Below are positions 1-9,995 of a stretch of 64,000 bases of DNA, one piece after another (the stretch's first letter is position 1; every line of letters begins with the position of its first letter). Made by a program: the position numbers and the translations under genes. The notes under the pieces were generated by a model that was given only the letters and a program-made list of their open reading frames with translations, was not told the origin of the DNA and did no database searches. The DNA comes from an uncultured virus (IMG/VR IMGVR_UViG_3300027782_000076) (lineage: Duplodnaviria; Heunggongvirae; Uroviricota; Caudoviricetes; Crassvirales): the IMG/VR virus record IMGVR_UViG_3300027782_000076; one strand, written 5' to 3'.

Positions 1-1
1 G

Positions 2-154
2 GTACAAAGACATAACGCTGATAAAGATGGTAAACTTGCGGTGTTACCAAAAGACAAAGTTAAAGAACATTTAGGCAGAAGTCCGGATATAAGTGATGCT
101 TTAATGATGCGGATGTGGTTTGAACTCAAGAAGTTTGACTTCGTAGTTATGTAA
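2..154 (+). CDS. terL: Terminase large subunit, C-terminal fragment (module A)
   Basis: Manual translation gives ...KEHLGRSPDISDALMMRMWF...*; the GRSPDxxDAL nuclease tail is typical of TerL, and it sits directly upstream of a portal gene. Confidence 0.8.
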   Translation, partial: VQRHNADKDGKLAVLPKDKVKEHLGRSPDISDALMMRMWFELKKFDFVVM

Positions 155-162
155 ATTTATCG

Positions 163-170
163 TAAATTTG
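163..170 (+). promoter_or_regulatory. Bacteroidota-type -7 promoter element
   Basis: TAAATTTG matches TAnnTTTG, just upstream of the portal start. Confidence 0.6.
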
Positions 171-179
171 TAAAAATAA

Positions 180-1511
180 ATGCTTATGAATCTCTATCAA
201 CGAATTAAAGCTGCTATACTTCCTACTCAAGGTTCAAGTGCAGGTAACAAATATAACCAGTCTTTATTCTCTTATTTTAACGGAATATTCTTTAACATCC
301 CTAACAACCCAAGAGCGTATGTAAGAAGTGGCTATCAGGCTAACCCTGATGTATTTGCTATTATTAATATGATTGCAAAGAAGGCTGCTTCAGTTCCCTT
401 TTATGTATACGAGGTAAGCAATAAGAAGAGTTTTAATAGAACAAAAAACAATCCTATTAACATACTTAAAAAGGGATTAACGGAAGTAGAAGGTACTGAC
501 TTGAATAAGCTGATTGCAAGACCAAACGAAATGCAAAGCCAGCAGGAATATATTGAATCTTTAGTTTCTTTTTTAGAGATTACTGGTAACGCTTATTCTT
601 ATAAGTTTATGCCTGAAGTTGGTAGAAACAAAGGTGTGCCTACGAAACTTTACCCTTTACCATCACAATTCACACAAATCATAGGAAGTGGAACTTTTGA
701 GCCAATTAGTGCTTATAAGCTACAAATAGGAAACCAAGAGATTGAATTTAAAGTAAACGAAGTAAACCATATTAAGTTCTTCAATCCCGATTATAATGTA
801 AGTGGGAATCAATTATACGGAATGAGTCCTTTGATGGCGGCTTGGGAAACTGTTTCAAGTTCTAACGAAGGCACAAGGGCAAAGGCTAAAGCATTTATTA
901 ATGGTGGTGCAGCAGGTCTTTTATTTAGTGGGGATAAGGATGCAATGCTTGATGGCGAGCAAATAAGTAAGATTAACCAACAGATTGACACAAAATTAAC
1001 AGGTGCAGACAATTATAAGAGAATAGTAGCTACTAATGGTATTGTAGATTACAAGCAAATTGGAATGTCTCCAGCAGACCTTGAGATTATTAAATCAATA
1101 GGAGCGGATAGAGATACTTTATGTAGAGTGTTCGGAGTAGACCCTATCTTAATGGCTACCGATTCTGCTTCTTACAATAATAAGGAAATGGCTTACAAAG
1201 GATTAGTAACCAATACGGTTATTCCTATCTTAAATATGATTAGAGGTATGTTTAACGAGGTTGCTTTGTACTATTCTTTAAGAGATGGTGTTGAGTATTA
1301 TATTGACTACGATGCACAAGCATTCCCTGAAATGCAAAAGGATATGGAGAAGATAGTTGCACAGATGAAAGAATCTTGGTGGATTACTCCTAACGAAAAA
1401 AGAGATGCTATGAATTACGATAGATTAGACCAGGAAGATATGGATAGAATTTTAGTCCCTACTAACTTAACTTATCTTGATGAATTAGGAATGAGCGACC
1501 AAGCACTATAA
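180..1511 (+). CDS. HK97-family portal protein
   Basis: RPNEMQS, LEITGNAY, LYPLPS, GMSPL, FGVDP motifs; lies between TerL and head genes. Confidence 0.92.
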   Translation: MLMNLYQRIKAAILPTQGSSAGNKYNQSLFSYFNGIFFNIPNNPRAYVRSGYQANPDVFAIINMIAKKAASVPFYVYEVSNKKSFNRTKNNPINILKKGLTEVEGTDLNKLIARPNEMQSQQEYIESLVSFLEITGNAYSYKFMPEVGRNKGVPTKLYPLPSQFTQIIGSGTFEPISAYKLQIGNQEIEFKVNEVNHIKFFNPDYNVSGNQLYGMSPLMAAWETVSSSNEGTRAKAKAFINGGAAGLLFSGDKDAMLDGEQISKINQQIDTKLTGADNYKRIVATNGIVDYKQIGMSPADLEIIKSIGADRDTLCRVFGVDPILMATDSASYNNKEMAYKGLVTNTVIPILNMIRGMFNEVALYYSLRDGVEYYIDYDAQAFPEMQKDMEKIVAQMKESWWITPNEKRDAMNYDRLDQEDMDRILVPTNLTYLDELGMSDQAL

Positions 1512-2290
1512 TGACACAAGAAGAATTTGACACTAAACTACAAAAGTATTTAGAAACTTACGGCTATCGTTTGTATTCTAAGGCTTTAAAAGAATCTATA
1601 CAACCTATCATAGATGCTCTAAATGAATCGGAATCGGTTGAGTTTACTAAATCTATTTCTGGGATGTTATACACAGGAGTGCCTATCGCAATTGCTATGC
1701 AAACCTTTTATAATACTGCTTGGAATAAACAGTTAAGAGGTTATGTTAAATGGCTAAAGGCTAACTTACCTGCAGAAGCAACTATTGGAATAGGCTTTGA
1801 GAATCCTATAATGGATGCAGCACTAAAAGAATACTTTGCTACCATAGGTGGGCAACACATCAAAGATATAAACGCTACAAGTTTAAAGAAGATACAATCA
1901 GCATTCCAAACTGCTTTAGAAAATAACGAAGGTTTTAGAGGTGCAGAAAGAAGATTAATTAATGAAGTAGGAATGAATAAAACAAGAGCAAGGCTTATAG
2001 CAAGAACAGAATCAGTAATGGTTACTAACGCTTCTAAGTTTACTCAAAGTGAGTTAATGCCTATTTATATGGAAAAGACTTGGGTACACGACCACCCAAA
2101 GATGCCACGAGATTGGCATATAACTTTAAGTGGTAAGACTATTGACTTAAACGAGAAGTTTAATGCTAATGGATATATGATGAAACATCCAGGCGACCCT
2201 AATGGTGGCTTAACAAATAATGCTAATTGCAAATGTACAATGCTTACCAAAGCAAAATACGATGACGAAAATAATATCATTTATAAATAA
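1511..2290 (+). CDS. MuF/SPP1 gp7-like minor head protein
   Basis: RARLIARTE, KTW, HPGDP and NCKC motifs; follows portal. Confidence 0.85.
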   Translation: MTQEEFDTKLQKYLETYGYRLYSKALKESIQPIIDALNESESVEFTKSISGMLYTGVPIAIAMQTFYNTAWNKQLRGYVKWLKANLPAEATIGIGFENPIMDAALKEYFATIGGQHIKDINATSLKKIQSAFQTALENNEGFRGAERRLINEVGMNKTRARLIARTESVMVTNASKFTQSELMPIYMEKTWVHDHPKMPRDWHITLSGKTIDLNEKFNANGYMMKHPGDPNGGLTNNANCKCTMLTKAKYDDENNIIYK

Positions 2291-2306
2291 TTGCTAAAAA
2301 AGTTAG

Positions 2307-2314
2307 TATCTTTG
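2307..2314 (+). promoter_or_regulatory. Bacteroidota-type promoter
   Basis: TATCTTTG within GCTAAAAAnnTTAGTATCTTTGT, which recurs at 4291-4313. Confidence 0.65.
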
Positions 2315-2342
2315 TACTATCATAGTTTGGTGTTTTGGTTTT

Positions 2343-2373
2343 AGGGTGGGTAGGTAACTACTCACTCTTTTTT
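2343..2373 (+). terminator. Intrinsic terminator
   Basis: GGGTGGGTAG/CTACTCACTC hairpin followed by a T run. Confidence 0.6.
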
Positions 2374-2396
2374 AAACACTCTAAAAATAATCGCTT

Positions 2397-3101
2397 ATGA
2401 AAAATATAAGTTTCAAGAATTACAACGCTACTATTAAGGACTTAGATGTCGCAACAGGAATCGTTACAGGTTACTTCTCACAATTCAATTCTATTGATTT
2501 AGATGGAGATGTTATAATGCCAGGTGCATTCACAAAAACTATTGCAGAAAGAGGACCAGATTCATCAAAGCCTGAAATTGCGTACCTGTGGCAACACGAC
2601 ACAACAAAGCCTTTGGGAAAACTTTTAGTATTAAGAGAAGATAACTTTGGTTTGTACTTTGAAGCTAAAATGAGCGATACTACTTGGGGAGAAGATGCTT
2701 TAAAACTATATAGAGATGGTGTAATAACCCAACATTCTATCGGTTATCAAGTAATAAAATCGGTAGAAACACAAATGGATATGGAAGAAGAAGTTGAGCA
2801 AATCTACGAAGTTAAACTTTGGGAAGGTTCTGCGGTTACTTTTGGAGCAAATCCAAACACACCTTTTACTGGCTTTAAGTCTTTAGAAGAAAGAGAAGAC
2901 CGAATTAAAACTTTAGTAAAGGCTATCAAGAACGGTAGCTACACTGATGAAACATTCGGACTTATTGAATTTGAATTATTAAAACTTGTTTCACTTGCGA
3001 AAACTGAAGAGCCGAGTAAAATCACTACAACAGTACAAGAGCCGAAAGAGGACAATAAGATACAAGAAATAAAATTATTTAGAAATCTCTTAAACCTTTA
3101 A
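2397..3101 (+). CDS. HK97-type prohead protease
   Basis: D..GDVIMPGAF, LWQHD, SIGY, LWEGSAVTFGANP motifs. Confidence 0.93.
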   Translation: MKNISFKNYNATIKDLDVATGIVTGYFSQFNSIDLDGDVIMPGAFTKTIAERGPDSSKPEIAYLWQHDTTKPLGKLLVLREDNFGLYFEAKMSDTTWGEDALKLYRDGVITQHSIGYQVIKSVETQMDMEEEVEQIYEVKLWEGSAVTFGANPNTPFTGFKSLEEREDRIKTLVKAIKNGSYTDETFGLIEFELLKLVSLAKTEEPSKITTTVQEPKEDNKIQEIKLFRNLLNL

Positions 3102-3103
3102 AA

Positions 3104-4234
3104 ATGGAAGAAATTAAAAATTTAGCAAATGACATCAACACAAAGTTTGATGCTAACGCTAACGCTTTATTAAGCGTAAAAAGTGAATTATCTACGATGG
3201 TAGAAAAAAGTATTGATTCAGTTAAGGCTGAAATCAAAGCAGTAAAAGATGAAATGGACAAACAAGCTGAAGAAGTATCTCGTAAGAGTGCAGCTAAAAT
3301 TGCGTCTACTAAATCTATCGGTGAGCAAATCGCTGAAAACTTAGATTCTAATATGGCTATTGCTGAAAAAGAATTAAAGTCTTCAGGTGGTTCATTTACT
3401 ATGAATTTAAAAGCGGTTGGTAATATGTTATTATCTTCTAACTTAACAGGAGATTCAGTAGCTACTTACAACCAACAACAAGCAATCTTGCCTTCGCAAA
3501 AATTGAACTTTAGAGATTTAATCCCTACTGTACAATCAGCGACTGGTACTTTTGTTACTTACAAAGAAAGTGGTTCGGAAGGTGCTATTGCATCTCAAAC
3601 TGAAGGTGCTTCTAAAGGACAAATTGATTACGATTTGACTGAAGTTAAAACTGTTAATGCTTATATCGCAGGTTTCGCAACCTTCTCTAAGCAAATGATG
3701 AGGTCTTTACCTTTTATCGAGCAAACTTTAACTCGTATGTTAATTCGTGATTTCTTTAAAGCAGAAAACGCTTCTTTCTTCGGTACTGTTTCAGGTGCTG
3801 CTACTGGTTCTACAACTGTTAGTGCTACTGATGATGTTGAAGAAATTATCCAATTAATCGGTAACCAAAAGAGTGCTAACTTTAATGCTTCTTACGCATT
3901 AGTTTCTCCTACTCAAATGGCTCGTTTAATTATCTCTACTTACAACAAAGGTTACTATGCAGGTGCAGGTGCGGTTATTCTTAACGGTGCAGGTGGTTTG
4001 ACTATCTTTGGTACTCCAGTATTTGAGGCTTCTTGGGTAACTGATGACAAAGTATTAATCTTTGACCGTGATTACTTAGAGCGTGTTGAAGTAGAAGGAT
4101 TAAATGTAACTTTCTCTTACGAGAATGGAACTAACTTCGTTCAAAACTTAGTAACTGCTCGTATTGAGTGTTACGAGGCTATCAACTTAATGTTACCTAC
4201 TGCTGCAATCTACGCAGACTTAGGAAATGTTTAA
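3104..4234 (+). CDS. HK97-type major capsid protein (module A)
   Basis: N-terminal coiled-coil delta domain, EGASK, IFGTPV and FVQNLVTARIE motifs; follows the protease. Confidence 0.92.
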   Translation: MEEIKNLANDINTKFDANANALLSVKSELSTMVEKSIDSVKAEIKAVKDEMDKQAEEVSRKSAAKIASTKSIGEQIAENLDSNMAIAEKELKSSGGSFTMNLKAVGNMLLSSNLTGDSVATYNQQQAILPSQKLNFRDLIPTVQSATGTFVTYKESGSEGAIASQTEGASKGQIDYDLTEVKTVNAYIAGFATFSKQMMRSLPFIEQTLTRMLIRDFFKAENASFFGTVSGAATGSTTVSATDDVEEIIQLIGNQKSANFNASYALVSPTQMARLIISTYNKGYYAGAGAVILNGAGGLTIFGTPVFEASWVTDDKVLIFDRDYLERVEVEGLNVTFSYENGTNFVQNLVTARIECYEAINLMLPTAAIYADLGNV

Positions 4235-4252
4235 TTAGTTCTTAAATAATAA

Positions 4253-4287
4253 AGAGGGTAGGTGCTTAATTGTATCTACCCTTTTTT
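4253..4287 (+). terminator. Intrinsic terminator after capsid gene
   Basis: AGGGTAGGTGC/GTATCTACCCT hairpin plus T run. Confidence 0.75.
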
Positions 4288-4304
4288 AATGCTAAAAATC
4301 TTAG

Positions 4305-4312
4305 TATCTTTG
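4305..4312 (+). promoter_or_regulatory. Bacteroidota-type promoter (probably leaderless mRNA)
   Basis: TATCTTTG 3 nt before the ATG at 4316. Confidence 0.6.
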
Positions 4313-4315
4313 TGA

Positions 4316-4489
4316 ATGTACAAATGCACAGTTGATATATCTTATAACGGAAAGAAGTATTATAGGAATAACTATTATGACCTTGTTTTAAACGATAAGA
4401 TGAAAGAATTTATAAAGGTTGGCTACTTTACCGAGATTATAAAAGATGGCATTACAAAAGAGTTTAAAGGCAAAATAAAGAAAAAGTGA
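4316..4489 (+). CDS. Small basic hypothetical protein, 57 aa (not in ORF track)
   Basis: MYKCTVDISYNGKKYY...KGKIKKK*; own promoter; GTGA overlap with the next gene. Confidence 0.65.
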   Translation: MYKCTVDISYNGKKYYRNNYYDLVLNDKMKEFIKVGYFTEIIKDGITKEFKGKIKKK

Positions 4490-5703
4490 CAAACTTATAT
4501 CCATACTTAGTCAATAAAAATATAGATTCTATTGTAATGTTTCCTAATGCTTGGAAAGCAGGGAAATTGTACAATATCTATCCAACTACTCTTAATTGGT
4601 TTACTGCCCAAAGGAATTCACAGGCTTATAGAACTGGTGCTGATAAACTATTAGACCTTAGAGGTAACAACGAACCCCGTTTAGATTACGAGTATTCCGA
4701 TTGCCCTGAATTGTTTATGGAGAAATATTCTATGAATTTTTTTCAATATACTAACAATTTTGATTTTTGGACAACTTCAGGTGGTGGTTCTTACACTAAT
4801 AACGCTGGTACTGGTCCTGATGGTGTAGTAGATAGTGCTGCTTTGTTTGACAATAAAGTAGCTTTACAAGGAGTAGACTTCCCTGGAGGATATACTACTC
4901 TTTCAATTTGGGCAAAGTCTGCAGTAAACCCTACTTGTTCAATGAATTTATTTATAGGTGGAGACCAACAATTCTTTACCGTAACTGATGAATGGCAATT
5001 ATATAGTTTTACTATAAATACAGGCGATACTCCAAGTAATTGTGGTTTTGGAATTGTAGATACGGCTTATGTATGGAATCCGCAATTAGAAGAAAGCGAA
5101 TATGCTACTTCTTCTATTTACTCAGGGGATTTTCAAGGCGAAAGAGCCCAAGATGTAATCTACAAAGATATAACCGTTAAGAATTATTATTTAGCTTACT
5201 TTGATATTAGATTAGTAGGTGGTGCAACTATAACTAATATATTTGAGGCTATTGGTTCTATGAACAATAATAGCTTGGATAAATATATAGCTTTAGGCAC
5301 TTCTAAAACTAACGAATTAATCGTAAATTTGTATAATAATCCAACCAACCAAGTTATTAATACAGGTACTTACGCAGATGGCATCCATAAGGTAGCTATT
5401 AAGTGGAGTAATAGTAGTGTTAAAGTGTTTGTAGATGGTGTTTTAGAAGCTGATGTTTCAAATACTGCTGGCTTACCAACTAACACAACTAATAGATTAG
5501 ACTTAGGTACAATAGCAGGTAATTACTACCCTGTAAGAGATAGAATAAGAGGGTTTATATATATGGGTGCTGCAACTGATATACTACCTACGGATGCAGA
5601 ATTAATACAATTAACACTATTAGCACCTTTGCCAGACTTTATAATAAGTCAAGTAGGGGAATATATGGTAACACAAGAAGATAACAATATTATAACGGAA
5701 TAA
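4486..5703 (+). CDS. Virion protein with probable carbohydrate-binding/LamG-like domains
   Basis: Beta-rich; YTTLSIWAK, QLEE..YATS, HKVAIKW...VKVFVDG patterns. Confidence 0.6.
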   Translation: MTNLYPYLVNKNIDSIVMFPNAWKAGKLYNIYPTTLNWFTAQRNSQAYRTGADKLLDLRGNNEPRLDYEYSDCPELFMEKYSMNFFQYTNNFDFWTTSGGGSYTNNAGTGPDGVVDSAALFDNKVALQGVDFPGGYTTLSIWAKSAVNPTCSMNLFIGGDQQFFTVTDEWQLYSFTINTGDTPSNCGFGIVDTAYVWNPQLEESEYATSSIYSGDFQGERAQDVIYKDITVKNYYLAYFDIRLVGGATITNIFEAIGSMNNNSLDKYIALGTSKTNELIVNLYNNPTNQVINTGTYADGIHKVAIKWSNSSVKVFVDGVLEADVSNTAGLPTNTTNRLDLGTIAGNYYPVRDRIRGFIYMGAATDILPTDAELIQLTLLAPLPDFIISQVGEYMVTQEDNNIITE

Positions 5704-5707
5704 AGAT

Positions 5708-7969
5708 ATGGCGAATATTAAATTTACAGAGTTTCCTTCAGCAACCGTAGTTGGTTCAATGGATATAATTCCAATCGTTCAAAGTGGTGTAAACAAGAAG
5801 ACTACTGCTGCAATATTTCAAACTTATCTTAGTTCTAATTTTGTACCTTATACAGGTGCTACTACTGACTTAAACTTAGATACATTTGATTTATACACTG
5901 CAAAGGTTTGGTTAAAAGATGTTCCAAATGATGGATTTGGTAGTTTAGAATTAACTGATGGCGTACTACATTTTGAGGATGTGGATGGACATAGTATGGT
6001 AACTATGGAAGATGGTTATTTAACTATCGCTAATGCTTCAACTATTAGAGCCTTATTAGATGTAAGTGCTTTAAGTGCAAATAGAGATTTTGCTTTCCCT
6101 AATGCTTCAGGAACTTTAGCTTTAACAAGTCAATTAACAAGTGGAACAGTAACAAGTGTAGCTGCTTTAACTTTAGGTACAACTGGAACTGATTTATCAA
6201 GTTCTGTTGCTAATGGAACTACAACCCCAGTTATTACTTTAAATGTACCTACGGCTTCGGCAACTAATAGAGGTGCTTTAAGTAGTGCTGATTGGACAAC
6301 CTTTAATAATAAGCAAAACGCTTTAACAAATCCTATTACTGGAACTGGTACCACTAATTACTTGCCAAAGTTTACAGGAGCAAGTGCTTTAGGAAATTCA
6401 ACTATATTTGATAATGGAAGTAATGTTTATTTAAACACTACAACTGGAACTTATAGATTTGAGGCAAATGCAGGGTCTTCACAATATATTAATGCAAGAT
6501 TTTATGGTTCAAGCCATTCATTATTACAAATAGAAAGTACAACCGCAGGGTTTCAAGCATTATTTTCTTTTAAATCTCCAACACGAATTTGGTCAATGGG
6601 ATTACAAGGAGACGGCAAATTTAATATTTATGATAATACTGCTAACGCTGAAAGGTTTACAATCACATCTGCGGGTAATGTAGGAATAGGAATAACTACT
6701 CCAAGTGAAAAATTAGAAGTTCAAAACGCTGCTGCGGGTGCTAAAATAAAAGTAAGTAATTCGGGCGGTGGTTATGCAACTTTAGAATGTTCATCTAATG
6801 CTACATCTGTTGCTCAATTATCATTTACAAATCAATTATCTTTAACAGGCGGTAATGTATTTTTAAGTAATGGTTTAACTGCATCAGGCGAAGTAAGTGC
6901 GGTAACTCGTTTTAGAATAAATCCAACCACACAATCAAATCAAATTATCGGTGATGGTACTGCTTCAAATTTAGCAGGTGCAAATAACTTACTATTAAGA
7001 AACGATAGTGGTTCTATATTTTTTGCAAGTGGTAGTGCTAATGTTCAAATGCTTTTAAATACAAGCGGAAATCTTCTTTTAGGCACAACCACAGATGCAG
7101 GCTTTAAGTTAGATGTAAATGGTACTGCAAGGGTAACTTCTAATACAATTTTAAATAATATTGGATGGGGTGGAGTAACACCAATTGGCGATGGGGGAAA
7201 TTGCTCAACAATTGAGGGTACTAATGGGGCACAAATAGCAGCAAGAAATGGATTTGCACAATTATATATTGGAAGTAATGTTGTTGGAACACCTTATGCA
7301 GCGACAAGAAGTGTAGCAGGATATGCAACTCAATTATCTTTAGATGCTTTAGGAGGTACAATTAGTTTAAATAGAGCGGTATCGGGTGCGGCAGGGTCGG
7401 CAATTAGTTGGATTTCAAATTTAGGATTTGATAATACAGGTGCAGCAACTTTTACATCAAACGTAACTGCAAATTCATTTATAAAGAGTGGTGGTACATC
7501 AGCACAGTTTTTAAAAGCAAATGGTAGTGTAGATTCAAGCACATTTGTAGGTGCTAATTATGGATATTCTGTTCCAATGACCCAAACAGGAGATTGGATG
7601 GGTATGACTACATCAAGTGGTATATCGGGTTGGACTCACGTTATTAATATTGCTTGGGATGCAACTACTCAAAATTCTTGGGTTAGTCAGATTGCATTTG
7701 CCGCTCAAACAGGGACAGGTGCTTATTACAGAACAACGTCAGGTGCAATTACAAGTGCATCTTGGGTACAATTAATAGACGGAAATAATATTGGAGGTTA
7801 TTTAAGTGGATACTTACCTTTATCAGGTGGTACTTTAACAGGAGACTTAACGGTAAACACAAAAATTTACGTAGGTACACACGGGTGTTATTTACAAGAG
7901 GTTTTGGTTGGTGGTGTATATGAATTACAAGTAGTAGACTCAGTAGGTAACAGAACAATATTATCATAA
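5708..7969 (+). CDS. Tail fibre/spike-like protein
   Basis: G/T/S-rich; GNVGIGITTP.EKLEV and GNLLLGTTTDAGFKLDVNG repeats, YLPLSGGTLTG. Confidence 0.75.
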   Translation: MANIKFTEFPSATVVGSMDIIPIVQSGVNKKTTAAIFQTYLSSNFVPYTGATTDLNLDTFDLYTAKVWLKDVPNDGFGSLELTDGVLHFEDVDGHSMVTMEDGYLTIANASTIRALLDVSALSANRDFAFPNASGTLALTSQLTSGTVTSVAALTLGTTGTDLSSSVANGTTTPVITLNVPTASATNRGALSSADWTTFNNKQNALTNPITGTGTTNYLPKFTGASALGNSTIFDNGSNVYLNTTTGTYRFEANAGSSQYINARFYGSSHSLLQIESTTAGFQALFSFKSPTRIWSMGLQGDGKFNIYDNTANAERFTITSAGNVGIGITTPSEKLEVQNAAAGAKIKVSNSGGGYATLECSSNATSVAQLSFTNQLSLTGGNVFLSNGLTASGEVSAVTRFRINPTTQSNQIIGDGTASNLAGANNLLLRNDSGSIFFASGSANVQMLLNTSGNLLLGTTTDAGFKLDVNGTARVTSNTILNNIGWGGVTPIGDGGNCSTIEGTNGAQIAARNGFAQLYIGSNVVGTPYAATRSVAGYATQLSLDALGGTISLNRAVSGAAGSAISWISNLGFDNTGAATFTSNVTANSFIKSGGTSAQFLKANGSVDSSTFVGANYGYSVPMTQTGDWMGMTTSSGISGWTHVINIAWDATTQNSWVSQIAFAAQTGTGAYYRTTSGAITSASWVQLIDGNNIGGYLSGYLPLSGGTLTGDLTVNTKIYVGTHGCYLQEVLVGGVYELQVVDSVGNRTILS

Positions 7970-8448
7970 TGGGATTATCGGCTACATATAAATTAGATAC
8001 AAGTAGACAGACTTGGGAGAATAATGATGTTAAGTCAGAATTTGATTATAACATAGGTACATTCCTTGTATCAAATAATAATAATCAGTCAGGTCAATAT
8101 CCTATGACTACCTTTAAGGTAAAGGTAGCATACCGAAATGGTGCTGAATATATACTTGATGCCGAACTATATGTAATGGTTATAGATTTAGGAGGAAGTG
8201 TTGAATTTTTACCGCAAGGTAATAGTGTACAAAATTTTTTCCCAATAGAAACAACTCCTGACTATCAACTGTATGGACATCTTATACATAGTGATACTAT
8301 TAATATTTCGAGTTTTTTTTCTATTTCATTTATTTTTAATTATCCTGCACCCGAAGGCTATTATTACGATATTATCGTACATAGTCCAAGATTAGCTAAT
8401 GGAGCTACAATGATTGCAGATGTTTACACTTATACATTATATCAATAA
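7969..8448 (+). CDS. Hypothetical beta-rich protein
   Basis: Translationally coupled downstream of the fibre gene. Confidence 0.55.
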   Translation: MGLSATYKLDTSRQTWENNDVKSEFDYNIGTFLVSNNNNQSGQYPMTTFKVKVAYRNGAEYILDAELYVMVIDLGGSVEFLPQGNSVQNFFPIETTPDYQLYGHLIHSDTINISSFFSISFIFNYPAPEGYYYDIIVHSPRLANGATMIADVYTYTLYQ

Positions 8449-8804
8449 TGGCTACTAATTTAATAAGATACGATGGGGTTAATGACCCTCAACAAAATAT
8501 AGTTGAGATAGATTTATCTGCTATCCCAAATGGGTCAACATTTACTATTGATATATTATATTCGTGTAGAGCTTTAGGTAATTCAACTATGGAAGAGGCG
8601 GGGATATATAGGTATATTAACACCTATGTAAAATACGGTTCAAGTAGTTATGCTATTTTAAATGAGCATTTAGTCTTAGAGTTTTATTGGGGCACTCTTC
8701 AATATAATATGACTTCTAATATATCAGGAGATATATTATTTTTAGATTTAGTAAATACTAATTCAGATTCAACAGTTTTATTTGATTGTAAATTATCATA
8801 TTAA
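8448..8804 (+). CDS. Hypothetical protein
   Basis: TAATG-coupled ORF. Confidence 0.55.
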   Translation: MATNLIRYDGVNDPQQNIVEIDLSAIPNGSTFTIDILYSCRALGNSTMEEAGIYRYINTYVKYGSSSYAILNEHLVLEFYWGTLQYNMTSNISGDILFLDLVNTNSDSTVLFDCKLSY

Positions 8805-8805
8805 T

Positions 8806-9195
8806 ATGTATACCTACAGAAAACAAATACAAGTATCGCAAGGAATTTTACCGCTTAGTTCTGCTGTTGTTAATACTTTAGATTTATCAGGTCTTGCTAC
8901 AAATAAAATAGCAGATGTGGAGATAAAGGCTACTTTATTTGATAACAATAACTCAACGTCTTCTATTATATATTATCGTAATGTTCAAATTATAGACCCT
9001 GCCGCTGCACCCGGATATGTATTTCAAAAAGATTCATCATTTAATTTTACTGAAAGCACAATACTTTCTGCATATTTATCAGGGAATGCTGTATACAACC
9101 AAGGGACTTCAACAATTATTATTACAGCATTTAATTCGGGGGTTGCTCCTACCAATGTATTGTGTATAATAGACTATAAAATTAACTTTTATTAA
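8806..9195 (+). CDS. Hypothetical protein
   Basis: ATG at 8806 right after the previous stop is more plausible than the track start at 8782. Confidence 0.55.
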   Translation: MYTYRKQIQVSQGILPLSSAVVNTLDLSGLATNKIADVEIKATLFDNNNSTSSIIYYRNVQIIDPAAAPGYVFQKDSSFNFTESTILSAYLSGNAVYNQGTSTIIITAFNSGVAPTNVLCIIDYKINFY

Positions 9196-9229
9196 AATAA
9201 ATACTTATTTTTGCTTAAATTAGAAAAAA

Positions 9230-9502
9230 ATGGAACCAACACCAATGACAAATGGCTTAAAGCCTATCGAACCTGTAGTAGTACCTACATTAGGAACGGC
9301 TACCCAATTGTATGTACAAGCTAATAGCTTCTCAGCTTCTGCTGTGAGTTGCAGCCTTTATTATTACTTAGCTGACGCTATGAATATGCAGTTATTACAA
9401 GGAAACGTACAGATGACTGAAGAGCAGTTTGCTACGTGGGGTATCGACAACCAAGTATTATATACAATCGTTGCAGACGAAAAAGGATTAATTCTTATTT
9501 AA
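9230..9502 (+). CDS. Hypothetical phage protein (possibly fibre-associated)
   Basis: Promoter TATTTTTG at 9206-9213; A-rich leader. Confidence 0.65.
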   Translation: MEPTPMTNGLKPIEPVVVPTLGTATQLYVQANSFSASAVSCSLYYYLADAMNMQLLQGNVQMTEEQFATWGIDNQVLYTIVADEKGLILI

Positions 9503-9518
9503 TTAAATCAAAATCTAT

Positions 9519-9968
9519 ATGAAACAAAAGAAAAAAATCACATTAAAGTTAGCCGAAATTTTATCCTTAGAGGTAGAAATAGGTGGATTAAAAAATCAAC
9601 AAACAGGAGAATCTACATTTAAAGGTTTATTAAGCCATAAAATGCCGATGCCTACTAAGTTCAAGTTAAAGATGTTACTTAATTCTATTTCAGGTATTAA
9701 GAAAGCAAACGATGAAATCAGGGAAGAGTTAATTAAGGAATACGGAACCGAAGCAAACGGCGGTATTTCTATCTCTATGTACGTAGATGAAAATGCGGAA
9801 GTAAAAGAATACAATCCAAATTACATTGAGTTTGTAAAGAAAATGGAAGAACTTTTAGCTAAGGAAATTGAAATTGAATTTGAAGAAATTGCTATTGATG
9901 AGTTTAAAGAATTTAACGAAGAGGATGTATATCCTACGTTTTTAGATATGCTTATCAAAACTATTTAA
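9519..9968 (+). CDS. Hypothetical acidic protein
   Basis: 149-aa ORF with good start context, followed by a terminator. Confidence 0.65.
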   Translation: MKQKKKITLKLAEILSLEVEIGGLKNQQTGESTFKGLLSHKMPMPTKFKLKMLLNSISGIKKANDEIREELIKEYGTEANGGISISMYVDENAEVKEYNPNYIEFVKKMEELLAKEIEIEFEEIAIDEFKEFNEEDVYPTFLDMLIKTI

Positions 9969-9995
9969 TTAAAATAAATACCCCAACTCCAACTG

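Noticed and set aside
5708..9195. Diversity-generating retroelement acting on the fibre genes
   Set aside because: No reverse transcriptase and no TR/VR pair with adenine-specific mismatches seen
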